From the NCBI RefSeq assembly GCF_001194135.2, contig NC_068982.1, forward strand, positions 130,331,250 through 130,395,249: 64,000 bases of DNA. Direction: 5' to 3'. Source of the DNA: Octopus bimaculoides (lineage: Eukaryota). Below are positions 41,150 to 54,626 of this stretch, piece after piece (the first letter of the stretch is position 1; every line of letters starts with the position of its first letter). Under the pieces are notes generated by a model. That model worked only from the letters and a program-made list of their open reading frames with translations, was not told the origin of the DNA and did no database searches. A program made the translations under genes and the position numbers.

Positions 41150-41420
41150 ATCGTGTAACTTAGTGATTTGAATGTTGGGCTCACGATCGTAGGGTTGGGT
41201 TGATTCCCAAACTAACGATCTGGGAAGTGCGCTGTGTCGTTTGTAAGGCACTTCATTTTAAATTTGCTCCAGTTTACTCAGCTGCAATGCGTACCATCTG
41301 GGTGTTGGACCACCCTCTTCTTCCAGCTGTTACATCCTAGATATTCCGTTGGGTGAAAGGTGGAAAATTCTCATAGGGTATCTATATATCCTAGCGACTA
41401 CATAGGCGCCTAAACAATTA
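41150..41420 (+). mobile_element. Decayed tRNA-SINE
   Basis: A-box-like cttagtgatttg, gggctcacgatc, and core ttgctccagtttactcagctg shared with family C. Confidence 0.6.
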
Positions 41421-41791
41421 GCAAAATCATGATACATCTTACCAAGTCAGTCGTGAGTGAGTGACGACTGGTGGTACATATTTAACAATAAAGTAGAACC
41501 TAGCTGGATTTGAACTCAAGTCTAGAAAAATGAGAAAATTACATTTTTGAATGTTTTTAGGGAGATATTTTACAAACCAAGCTAAAAGATAAATATCTAG
41601 TATGAATTCGCATTAACTCTGTATGGATGTGTGCTGTTTATCACAGAACGAAAGTAAAATTTGAAAAAAATGTAAGTGAAAACACTGAAGTCAATACTCA
41701 TTCATGTACGAAGAAAAATTTGATATGCTTTTAAAAAGAAAAGGTATAGGTATATATAAAAATTATATAGACACACGCATATTCACACGCT

Positions 41792-41834
<43 letters not shown>

Positions 41835-44800
41835 CATTGATATAATGATGAAAGAAGACGAAGAGATGCAGAAAAAATAGGTTGAGACAGACTGCGCATC
41901 ATTCAACAAACATGAGCATGTAGTATAGAATACACACTGGTACGTACATGTTTGCGCGCGCATGCGTTTTATTTGTTTCAAGAACACATATGCAACCAAT
42001 TGATTGTACTCTGCCATTCCAAATATAATGGTGACAATTTCCGCTCACATTTCTCTGGTCTTATAACTCACAGAAATCGAGCTTAAAAAGACGGGCGGCC
42101 AGCTAAGACACACTATGAATACTCCTCGCTTGGTCAGGTTTATCTACTGATGTCCAGAGTAGGAAATTTAGATGGAATTAGCTTTATGGTAAAAACGAAA
42201 AATGAAAACTTACACAAATGTCGCATCATGGGCCTTTCACCTTATGCACGTTAAGTCATTTGAATAATCAATTAATGTATGAAACAACATTTTCTGCTCA
42301 CAAATAATTTTCCCATCCGTAGGACCGTTATTAGGTGACTGTATTTTAAAAGGCCTATTGGGGATAAAGCAGATCAACCGCGTCCGCCTAATTGAAATCA
42401 AAAATAAAACAATAACACGTCCTTCTACTTAAAACAGAAACTAAATATCGCACTTGAGAATTAAAAAAAAATCTTAATTTCACGGTGTTACTATTCAGGA
42501 TGTTTCGCTGCAATATCACCCAGTCAATCATTTCTACTGTCTACGTGTAGTCTTCATTCACCTATATATTGACTTAGTAAGGGACAACGTAATATATTTG
42601 TGTGACTGAATTGTTGAAAAGTTGAAAATGTATTGATGCCATTTTTTACCTTTTTAAAAATTTCGTCATTCATTTTTGTACGTAGATTGCTGTCATCACA
42701 ATTAGTTCCTAGATAAATCTAGAATATGCTTTAGTCATTGCAAACTCTTGCTTTCTATTTAAAGGCTATATGTTTTAGTCATTGCGAGTTTTTCCTTTTT
42801 GCTTAAAGTTCCTAAGTGATCAAGTGCTGTCATCTGTCAGCAGTGTCGAGAGCGTTTAATCAGCCACTTGGTTTCGCCATCGTCATCAAGTGGAAAAGAT
42901 CACATGAATGTGCTCAAGAAACAAAAGCAGAAGACAACCGCATATGTCAATTCATGCCGGAAGCAGAACCTGTTTTGGTAAGGGATGTCAATGTGTTAAA
43001 CTGAACCTATATTCGTCCGCTGACAAACGTTTCTCACACACTTTTGTAATAATGTTGACAGTGGATAGATATCTCAAGTGGAAAATCTAATATTGGTGAG
43101 CGTTTAGAACATCCGATTTCAAATTTATTTCATGACGTGAACAAGTGGTTATTTCCAGTCTCCACAATTAGATTTTTTAATGTATATGCAATTTAGGGAT
43201 TCAATACCAATGTACTTCTTTCACGCCTTCGCAAATTCTATGCAAAAAAAACCCCCTTGAACTTCAGTTCAAGGAAAAGTGAGAGCATTAGCGATCGGAG
43301 AAAGTAAAGAATAAAAAAACAGAAGTGGACGCATTGAGCATCATACAAAAAAAAGAAGGAAAATAAACAATTATTGATTAGGCTGTGAAATTGGTGAAGT
43401 GGGTAACTGGGTGACGTAGCGAGACTGATGTTCATATATGAGTTCATATCACACTCCATACAATTTGTATGATTTTGAGCATTTAAAAAAAAAATGTCTT
43501 ACATATTAAAAAATAATATAAATGGAGATAAGCCCATATAATCGAAATCTTAGCTTTTATGATACTTTTTCAAAATATATAATATTACTACATTAAATTC
43601 TTTTGTTTTACTAACGTTAAAGTAATTATTGTAGATATTGTTTCAATTTTAATAAAGCTTAATTAATATAGATATTTTCTTAGAAGATAAATTTTGATTC
43701 GTTATTATTGATACTGGATTCATCGATTTTCAAAGTATGAAAGACAAAATCTTATCCATTTTTATTGTCAAATCTTCCTTGTTGCTCTAGAGAACACATT
43801 GTTATTAAATTTATATTCTACATAAGAGTTGTCTTTTTTTCAAGTGAAGATTTCTGTCTGCTTTGATATTTAATCAGCAATATTTACTCTGCAGTATTCA
43901 TTTATAGTAATTCTTCTTATTGTTTTTATAAGTTCCAGGACGGACACGAATTGAATGGTTTAGCATTAAAAATATAAAACAGGCTGCATTGAAACCTTAC
44001 GACTATTAAGAACTATTTAGTAGATGTTATGTGTTATAAGATCCGAGCAAGATGAATTTTGATAAATGCTAAAGCTAAATGAAGTCAAGTTATGCAACAT
44101 ACAGTCATTAGGGATCTGCAATGGGCGTGAACCAATTAAAGGCAATTTGAATTAGTTTCAATGGAAGAAAACATCAGTCAGCATGAAAATTGATTGCTTA
44201 TCGTATTCCTTTGGTTTGGGAAATATAATCTCGAGAAACAAGAAAGGATGTTGTTATCTTCTTTTCAAGACAAGTGCAGTGATGTTTCAAGGAAATTTGA
44301 ACAAGTTATTTTGTATAAAAGTACGAGCGTGCAAGTTTTCGTTAAAAAGTGCTAAATCAACACTAGAGTTTGTCAGATTTCAAAATGATTCAAAAGCTTT
44401 TCACAGATACTAAGCAGTTTCCCCATAAAAGTGAATTCAGCACAATGTAATATACACTTTCCCAAATACCGGAGGTTTCAAATTTACTGTGGCTANNNNN
44501 NNNNNNNNNNNNNNNNNNNNNNNNNNNNNNNNNNNNNNNNNNNNNNNNNNNNNNNNNNNNNNNNNNNNNNNNNNNNNNNNNNNNNNNNNNNNNNNNNNNN
44601 NNNNNNNNNNNNNNNNNNNNNNNNNNNNNNNNNNNNNNNNNNNNNNNNNNNNNNNNNNNNNNNNNNNNNNNNNNNNNNNNNNNNNNNNNNNNNNNNNNNN
44701 NNNNNNNNNNNNNNNNNNNGACTTCTTCAGACTAGTGAAGCAATCAAAAGGCTATTATTTATCATTATCAAGTTCATGAATACAGAATCCCGAGAGACGA

Positions 44801-45035
44801 ATCGATCAAAAATGATAAAAGGTTTTAACACAATTAAATGCTTTCTAACTTGCAATGTAGTACAATAAGATATCGTGGGTATTTTTGACATTAACAAAAA
44901 GTATGCATATATATAAGCAATAAGGGTACTAGATATTCTGGCTTTACATCAGGATAGCTTCACTTTAGGGGATCGAGAGATTGCATATTAAATCTATCTC
45001 TATGTACGAGTAGATTAACACTAAATATGCACAAG

Positions 45036-45094
45036 CATACACAAATACATACACAAATACATACACAAATACATACACAAATACATACACAAAC
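45036..45094. repeat. 12-bp minisatellite (CATACACAAATA) x ~5
   Basis: Direct reading. Confidence 0.9.
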
Positions 45095-46084
45095 AGAAAA
45101 CTCTTGCATTTGGCATTTTTTTGTTGGGTGGGTTGAGTTAGGATTTGCACTCCGACCTCGTAATGCCCTCACTAGCAATGAGTTGGAGGGTTGTCACCTG
45201 AATGGCGAAAAGTTGTCACTCGCCAGGTGTAGGGAATCGACGACAAATAGTGGATGCAGCGATTCGCTGTAACAGTGCATGCCCCACTATCTGTAACTGT
45301 TATATACATTCGTAATCTTCAACGTATAAAACTTAGAACTCCACAAAAAATTTCTAAATAATACAAAATTAGAAAGGCATAGTGGGGATATGCTTATTGC
45401 ACAATTCAGCCATATATATTATGGATATATTAGATACATAGACTGGATGTATATGGATATATTGATTGGATATATTATATAAATAAACTAGCTGAATTGA
45501 TACTCCTTCAGTAGTTAGAATAAGAGTGGTGTTATTTCCCTATACAGTGGTGGTTTGAAAAGGAAATACAGTTTTAAGATGTAGAAAGAAATGAATATAT
45601 CTGTTACAGTGTTCGAAGTAATAAAATTTTGCAGATTTACGATTATTTTCATTTAAAAAAATGTACTACCAACCATAGGGTACCGTCAGGAGTTATTTAT
45701 AAATCTATAACTGTGCATGCATATATCTGTGTGTGTGCGTGTGTGCGTGTGCGCGTATGCATATATAAAAACAATGATTATAAATGCATACATGTGTATA
45801 AGTTTATGAGTACTATTACCTCTTTCGAATAGAAGGTATATGTTTCTTGTCTGCCATTGCATTCAGTCTCCAGTCACACAAAATACATACACAAAGATGA
45901 TTTCCACACACAAATTCATTTGGACAAACATGCGTACACTCATACGCATACACACACGCGCACGCGCACGTATACGAGCGCGTGAGTAAAATTCATAATT
46001 ATAAAATATATTTTAATCATGACAATTACTTTGACTCATCGCCACTAGACATTTGCCTACACGTTTACGTACACGCACACACGA

Positions 46085-46142
<58 letters not shown>

Positions 46143-47169
46143 TTATATGTATGTGTTTGTACTTATTTGTGTAACTATAAGCCCCTCCACACACATACAC
46201 ACTCATACTCCCACGATCACTCTTGAAATGAATCAAGACATTATTTCGCGGGTGGTGGTAAACGATGGAAAAAGTAGAGAAGGAAGTTTACCATTGATTT
46301 ATAGCGTCAAATCTAATTTTCTCTGTGCCATTTTAAAAACAATTGCCGTCTAGTTTATGTGCGAAATTACTGAATCATTACTCGTTGCTCATTCTTAACT
46401 TCCCATGGAAACTATGGTTGCTTCTTAGATTTCACTTAAGTTTTCAGCCGGTTGTTTGAAAAGACTTCAACAAAAGTGGTGGTGTCGAAAGGTGAGGTGA
46501 AGTATTGAACAAAACCAACGACTAGCTTGTATTCCCCAGCGATCGAGATTAAACTTTCGAATGTATACGTCAACAGGCTATAACAATTCATCATCTGGTT
46601 TTAACATTCGGTATATTATTTATTCTATCGAGAATCTGTTGTGGAATACTGAAACAGTCAACTAGTTTCTCATCTCTAAGTGTGTACGTTGGACATGTCT
46701 TCTATCATAGCCTTGAGCAGAGCAATGCCTTGCGAGTGGACATTGGTGGTAGCCCAGTGCATGTGTATGTACGTATGCATACATAGATGCACGCGCGCGC
46801 ACACGCATACACACAAACACACACCAAATAAGAAATAGCTCCTGTAATAGTTCTATCTGAATATCACATCTACCCTTTCATTCATGCTCCTCTCACAATA
46901 CCTTTATGTAAGCACGACTTTTAATTCTCCATTACTGTCATGATGGTTTGTCTCTGGTTAAAATCGCTACAAGCTGCCCGTTTATAGCATTCGACTTTAA
47001 AAATGTTACTCCGTTATTATAGCGTTATTTATTTTATTTGTCTTGAGATTATACTTGTCGTTCTGAATAAACTAATTATCATATAGATACACATACACAT
47101 AAACACGCAAGTACATACACACATACGCATTCACACACGTATAATAAATAAGAATGAATTTCTATATTA

Positions 47170-47211
<42 letters not shown>

Positions 47212-48159
47212 CCTCTCTCTCTTACTCTTTCTCATTGCACTACGATTATTTCGTGAAACTATCTCTATGGATTGTAATGACACTTTCTTTCAGATCTCCA
47301 TAAATTTCTTTTACCTGCATGCATAAAGACTATCAAGCAACTGAAGATTGCTCTATTTTCTATTTCCCTTTAATATTGCACTCATTTTTAGAGATAACAA
47401 AGAAGACGAAATAATGTTTAAAATTGTTCAAATTCAGTTTTCGTATAAATTTCGATACCGATGACTAACTCATGTTTTCAACATGATATTTAAAGTTTTG
47501 GTAGATATAAAATATACAACGGATACGTCTGACATAAAGCTTCAAAACAATTCAATAAATATCAACTTGACAAAATCAATGCTGACGTCGTGCTTCGATG
47601 ATATGTCTAACTTCTAAAACGTGTTATCTTCATTCAGCGTTTTATTGTCAGAATATGAAATGATTTTTCATCAACCTTGCAAGTTAACTGCTCTTTCATT
47701 AAATTTGCAGTCACAAACATCCAACTTTGATCTATTTAAAAGCTTAGTTTACATTCTAATAAAGCTAAGTAACTAATTAAAGCTTCTGCCATTTCAGATG
47801 ATATATTTATCCCTAGTTTTGTTTTTATCCTGACAGAATAAGTTGTTCTTGCAAACATAGCTATATCTGTGATTTATTTCTCAATAGCGTAAGCTTTTTA
47901 ATATTTTACATCTAAGTATTTATCAGTCTTTTCCAAGCATAATATAGCAGTAGAAAGTTTTAACAAAAGAAACGAAATGTAAAGTTGTGGTGGAATTTGT
48001 GCATGTCACACGTACTCCACGCGTTTATCTCAGGTTACACATAATTAAAGGGAATGCTCCCGTCAAATGCGGGCAATCATTTTGCTGTTTGGAGTTTAAA
48101 GCTTCGAAGTTTGACGGATTGACTGTCCCCCACTACCACTTGACAGCTGGTGTTGGTGT

Positions 48160-48357
48160 TCTTTTATTCTTTTATTTATTGCAGTCATTTGACTGCGGCC
48201 ATGCTGGAGCACCGCCTTTGGTCGAGCAAATCGACCCCAAGGACTTATTCTTTGTAAGCCTAGTACTTATTCTATTGTTTCTCTCTGGCCGAACCGCTAA
48301 GTGACGGGGACGTAAACAAACCAGCATCGGTTGTCAAGCGATGTTGGGGGGACAAAT

Positions 48358-48435
<78 letters not shown>

Positions 48436-48604
48436 CTATATATACGACGGGCTTCTTTCAATTTTCGTCTACCAAATCCACTCATAAGGCTTTGGTCGGC
48501 CCGAGGCTATAGTTAAAAACATTTGCCCAAGGTGCCACGCAGTGGGACTGAACCCAGAACCATGTGGTTAGTAAGCAAGCTACTTACCACACAACCACTC
48601 CTGT
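48160..48604 (-). mobile_element. tRNA-SINE family A, full length, with internal (CA)n
   Basis: Matches the 25170 copy from head to tail. Confidence 0.9.
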
Positions 48605-48630
48605 GCCTGTGTGTTTATTTCTCCACAACA

Positions 48631-48755
48631 TAGCGGTTCGGAGAGATCGACAGAATGAGCACCAGGCTTTAAAAAAGTACTAGGGTCGATACCAGTACAA
48701 GGCGGTGCCCCAGCATGGCTGCAGTCTAATGAATAAAACAAGTAAAAGATAAAAG
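48631..48755 (+). mobile_element. tRNA-SINE family A, 3' portion
   Basis: tagcggttcgg..gatcgacagaat..aaggcggtgccccagcatggctgcagtc..aaacaagtaaaagataaaag. Confidence 0.8.
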
Positions 48756-49442
48756 AGGTACACCCCCACACCCCATCACACCCCCACACACCAACACCCA
48801 CCCACCCACACACACACACACACACAAACACACACACTCACGCATACTTTGAGAGATGAAAATGAAGCATGAATTTGGTATTTCCTTATTTCATTTGTTA
48901 CACGCTTCTAAAACGATTTATAAAGAGCGTTTGATCACGCAGAACGCTTCATTGAACTGAGTCGAAATACGAATTGCAAACATGCAAGCATCTTACATAA
49001 GTACCTATTAGATACAGACCATATACTGGCCGCATAGAAGGCTGTTGGATCAAGAGGAAACTTAACCTGAATACTTTTTCATCGCGCGAATAGCGCACTA
49101 ATTTCCACTTTACATATATACATACATACGTACCTATATACTTAGATATATATATATATATATATATACACGCATACTTATCCATATTCATCCATATTTA
49201 TCCATACATACATACACACATACATACATANNNNNNNNNNNNNNNNNNNNNNNNNNNNNNNNNNNNNNNNNNNNNNNNNNNNNNNNNNNNNNNNNNNNNN
49301 NNNNNNNNNNNNNNNNNNNNNNNNNNNNNNNNNNNNNNNNNNNNNNNNNNNNNNNNNNNNNNNNNNNNNNNNNNNNNNNNNNNNNNNNNNNNNNNNNNNN
49401 NNNNNNNNNNNNNNNNNNNNNNNNNNNNNNNNNNNNNNNNNN

Positions 49443-49640
49443 AGAAAGAACTTTTTTCCCACCACCTCCTCTTCCGGTCTTTTCATAATGTAACCTCGTG
49501 GGCATCGGTACCATTTTCCTCTTTCTCCGTTCTTCCATTCTCCGAACTTTCCATCTTTCCGACGAAGGGCTACGCCCGAAACGTCATACACTCTCTCTTT
49601 CCTTTCCTGAGCGTCCAATAACACTATCCATATCACGTCC
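49443..49640 (+). mobile_element. Penelope-like element terminal region with minimal hammerhead-like motif
   Basis: ccgacga-a-gggc-tac-gccc-gaa-acgt-c at 49559-49585 within a pyrimidine-rich terminal tract. The rest of the element falls in the adjacent N gap. Confidence 0.55.
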
Positions 49641-50102
49641 TCACTTTGTTTTTTTGTTTTTTTGTTATTGTTTTTTTGAACTATATATATATACATATAC
49701 ATAGACACACACGCACACACACATATATACGTTTATTAATTCGTTTTGCAAGATTCCTGGTGTCAAATCGTGTGTTGAAACAGATATTGTAAGTCAGGAT
49801 GGTCATTTTTTTTTTGCTAAATAAACACACGCACTGTATATTTTTTCTTCTCTCGTTTATTACTGTTCTTATCTTATTATTTTAACTCATGTCCATTGTC
49901 CGGAAAACACATTTGTGACTTCTTCAACGACACTTTTCGTTTTCATGTGTGTTCTTGCTCCACTTACTACTCCATTCTGTTCTATTATGTGCGCATGCGT
50001 TTGTGTGTGTGCGTGTATGTGTGCGCACGGATGTGTGTATATGCGTGTGCTTGTGTGTCATAGATTTTAGCAGCAGTGTGGCCTTCCTCTCAGACCCATC
50101 TT

Positions 50103-50134
50103 CTAACCCTAACCCTAACCCTAACCCTAACCCT
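50103..50134. repeat. Interstitial telomere-type repeat (CCCTAA) x ~5
   Basis: ctaaccctaaccctaaccctaaccctaaccct. Confidence 0.85.
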
Positions 50135-51297
50135 CTCACCCCATTGTGCCGCTGCTGCCCTAAGACGCTACCCCAAAATATATTACAGTTCCTGTATTCC
50201 TCTGTGTACGTGTGTTCGCTCACCGGTGTTACCATCGTGATGGTTGTTGTTGTTGTTATTGCCATCGTCGTCACGGCCGCTGCTGCTGTCGCTGTTAATT
50301 GTGTTGATGACATTGTTATGGCCGTCCATGACATTTCTTGTGTGTGTTTGTGTGTATGGGTTCGCACTTTATATAGTTACATTTATTCATTTTATCTATT
50401 TCTATGTCTTATATTTATCACAGGTATGTGACAAATATATTTATATATCAATTTATTTATCAATATATTTATTCATTTATTATATATATATAATATATAC
50501 ATATATACAGGTGTATATACATATATATATATACACACACAAAGACGCACATATATAAATGTGCATATATACATACATGTACATACGTGTTTGCATATAT
50601 GCTCACACAATACACACACAAACGCATGCACACAAATACATACATACATACATACATACACAAACACATACTTATATGAGGCGAATTGGCACAGTCATTA
50701 ACAAGTCGGATAGAACTGCCTCGTTATGCTCGTTCTGACTTTTAGCTATCCTCAAATTCAAATTTTTGTCCTTTTGGAGTCGATAGATAAGTACCAGACC
50801 AGCACTTAGATACATTCTTCTCTCTGCTTATTTTCTCTCATTTTTTTTTGTTCTGGAGGAAACCGGCTCTGGATAGACCTGGAGAGAGATGAGTCCCACT
50901 AAATTCGGATGTCAAATACTGGCCATATTTAGCGAATGCTCCTCAGTGATACATCGTAATCCATGCACACATACATACATACATACGTACATACATACAT
51001 ACATACATACATACATACATACATACATACATACACGCACATACACACACTTGTCATAATAAAGTCATTATTTTAAAGCAAGTTTAAGAATAAGAACGGA
51101 ACATTTACTGAGATGCCTCTCTGCTGAAGGTAGAGGGAAATTTATTGTGAAGGTCAACTGGGATTTGTTGATTCTGTCTGTGTGTGGTGTGTGTGTGTGT
51201 GTGCGTGCGTGTGTATGAGGGAGAGAGGGTGAAGAGAGAAACTTTTCTGTTAAATATATATCCTCGTTATCTGACCATAATGTAAATATATACTTAC

Positions 51298-51863
51298 AAC
51301 GAACATCTTCCTTTGGGCTGGACCACCTCCTCCGATGTAGATAGAAGAGGCATCTTCAAGAACTAACGGTTCCCTGATCACTTGATGTCTTCCTTTCTTC
51401 GTTCCATTTAAATATATTTCCACAATATCGTCTTTAACCATGAAGCTAATCCGCGCCCAGTTGTTGAGCAGGTTTTCGAGTTTGAAACTAGCTAATATTT
51501 TGGAAGAAACGGATGTATTTACATCAGCAGTTGTTGGTGAGTAATATAACGATATGTTTTGTTCGTTGCCTTGACTATTTGATGAAACACTCACACCAAG
51601 TTGTATAATCGAAGCAGTAGGGTCTAGAACTGCGAAGATAAAGCTAGTATCTGGTTTTTCAATATGAACGACCATCGTTAAAGCAAAGTCGTTTATAGCT
51701 TTGTTACCAAACAGTTGATTTGCATTGTCTTTAAACTCCTTTTTGCCGAGCAGTCTGAAGGCTGGAAAATAGTCCATCCCCGTTGAGAATCTCACGGGAT
51801 CTGAAGGGATTCCAATCACTCCTAACATGTCGACATGTTCTGAATTCAACGGCAACAAGCCTT
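51298..51863 (-). CDS. COL18A1/COL15A1: Multiplexin exon: TSPN (thrombospondin N-terminal/laminin G-like) domain, 566 nt
   Basis: Acceptor tttacag|AAGGC, donor GTT|gtaagt. Encodes GLLPLNSEHVDMLGVIGIP...DFALTMVVH...FIFAVLDP...QLGVSVS...QNISLYY...LASFKL...WARISFMVKDDIVEIYL...SIYIGGGGP. This parallels COL18A1 TSPN motifs (DFSLLFHI, VLFAITD, DISLLY, AASFRL, WTHLALSV, LFVAQAG). Confidence 0.93.
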
Positions 51864-52660
51864 CTGTAAAACAAAAATAAATAAAATAAATAAAAATAAG
51901 GTATTCAGAAATATAATGCAGGAAAAAGAATTAGTGTTTTGCATATTAGAAAAATAATGAAAATAAAAAATGCAAATTATTAATGATTCAGTGAACTGTT
52001 AAATTTTTAAAAGATATAAAGCAAGTTGTTATAAGCTTTATTATTTCGTATTATCAACATATCAGAGCTGTTTCCTTGACACTTCTAGAAGTAAATCTGT
52101 CACTCCACAGTCGTCGAAAATAACCTACGAAACTAAGTGAACTCATCTTTCTTATTTAGCACATATGTATTTAGTGTCCGACAGTTTCTATTTTTAAAGC
52201 AGTTAATTTCAAATAATTAATTGTGAAATGTTCAAGTTTTTTTAAAATCCAAATAATTGCAATTGTTTCGCCTTTAGTATCCACCGTTACTTCATCGTTA
52301 ATCTTCTTGACCAAAACTTAGCATATTATTCATCTAATGTCAAACCTATCAAATAAAATTGTGAAACTATATCGCAGGAATCAATGTCAACGTAAGTAGG
52401 TATTGCAGAGCCCACTTCCCTTTATAAACATTTTATGCTAGTCTTGACTCAATGTTCACTTTCCCAGCGATCGACGTTACCTGTTCTGGTGTACATAAAA
52501 TAAATTATAATCAATTATTGAGGCCAATATTATCGACTAGATTTCTCTCCTAAAATGTGTGAGCTTGTTCCTATATTAGAAATGATTATTATTACGACAG
52601 AAGGGGGATTTCAGATTCTGTAGAGGAGGATTGAATGAAATACTTTAGAATATTCAATTA

Positions 52661-52825
52661 CGTTCGTCTGCCTTTACGTTTTGAGTTCAAATTCCACCGA
52701 GGTTGACTTTGCCTTTCATTCTTTCGGGGTCGGTAAATTAAGTACCAGTTGCATACTGGGGTCGATCTAATCGATTGGCTCCCTCCCACAAAATTTCGGG
52801 CCGCGTGCCTAGAGTAGAAAAAAAT
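52661..52825 (+). mobile_element. tRNA-SINE family B, 5'-truncated
   Basis: gagttcaaattccaccgaggttgactttgcctttcat...aagtaccagtt..ctggggtcgat. Confidence 0.85.
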
Positions 52826-54112
52826 ATTCATTTATGTCCATTACATTTGGAGTTAAAATCCCGTTGAAGTGGGCTTGTCAGTCGTTCCTCTGTAGTTAGT
52901 AAAAGGCGCTCAAGTGAAGTGAAGAGGTGATGGATGAAACTGACATACTTTCCATAAAAAATCTGAGTCTTGTGCCTCTGTTAAGTAATATTATTATTAT
53001 TTTTGTTTTTCGATTGAATCACCAAGTTTAGCTCTTGTACCTGAATTGTACATGGGGATGTTTCTAATTGTTAAGGGTGTTCTTTTATTTATTTTCGTGT
53101 TTTCGCAAACGTATAATACCTAGCAACGTTACTTTTGTATAGTGTGCTATTTTGTAATCTTGCCAAATATTTGTATGCATGCCTTTTTTTTTTAAAAAAA
53201 AGAACTAGACTCATAACAATCACTGTTAATAGAATTGTCTTTCTTTTATATAGACTATTTCTCCAACTCTTACAGTGAAATTCTCCCTTTGCTATGATTG
53301 ACATATATGTAAACAAACTCTTTTGACTCTGCAATTCTTAACAACGATGTCTGGCTTGTATGCACAAATACCTATCTGCTTATGCATTGGCATCTACTGC
53401 ATTATTAAAGCGCAGTTCTTGTTGCACATTTTTTTGTTTAGTGTGCATGCACGATAAGTTTTTTCGTGCCAATTCTGTGACATTGACAGTATTTTCAGTA
53501 TGCAAAGCTATTCATTTCTTTCTGTCTGTTGATATACTAAGATTTAATATATTTAGATAAGAAACTAAAGAATGTCGGTTGTGTATTTGCAGTGCCACAC
53601 CGAGGCTACAGTTAGTAGGATCGCTTCGACTTTTATGATGAATAGCTAATAAAAAGGATGGATGGATGAGTCGATATTTTTTTTACTACACGGTTGAAGA
53701 AGTCGTAGGCTCGTGTCCTATCTGCAAAACTACGTATCCAGGATTAAGACGCTTAGTTTTCCCTACCCCTGAGCTGAGGTAGAGAAATATATGTGCAGTG
53801 GTATTACTATGAAATTAACGGACATTTTGTTGTTTACAGTGCCATGTTTAACTTCTTCAGTGAAAGACATCTCTGACAGATCAACGTCCTAACCAGAAAA
53901 ATGATTAACATTATTATTAAACACTTTTGCTTGTTCTACGAACAAATAGTTAAGTCAAACAATGATACTTGAGATAAGTTTCCAATTATGCACACATATT
54001 CAGACATAAACTACATAAATCCCTGCATATATTTATGCATCATGCATATACCAAGAAGGTCGCATATAGAAAGATATGCTCAAAGGCTCATTTATATATT
54101 ACTTTTACATAA

Positions 54113-54159
<47 letters not shown>

Positions 54160-54591
54160 TTTTATTCACCTACGGACGAAATAAATGCATGTACAAAAAC
54201 ATTTATAAGAGAAATAAAACTAAAGAGATTTAATATAATTAATATTGTTTGTTATAGAATCTGAGGATGAAATTAAGAAGTTTCTGCTTGTCTGGTGAAG
54301 TCAAAGATTTCTTGTGACACACCCGGTGATACAACAATTTAGTCGCTTTTTCAGCAGATTTTAATCTTGACTAAAGCAACTTCNNNNNNNNNNNNNNNNN
54401 NNNNNNNNNNNNNNNNNNNNNNNNNNNNNNNNNNNNNNNNNNNNNNNNNNNNNNNNNNNNNNNNNNNNNNNNNNNNNNNNNNNNNNNNNNNNNNNNNNNN
54501 NNNNNNNNNNNNNNNNNNNNNNNNNNNNNNNNNNNNNNNNNNNNNNNNNNNNNNNNNNNNNNNNNNNNNNNNNNNNNNNNNNNNNNNNNNN

Positions 54592-54626
<35 letters not shown>

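Noticed and set aside
49924-50367. Thr/Ala-rich 147-aa ORF with internal CCG|gtgagc donor, as a possible mucin-like linker exon
   Set aside because: It is decayed trinucleotide repeat with no acceptor, and it lies before the exon that completes the TSPN fold.
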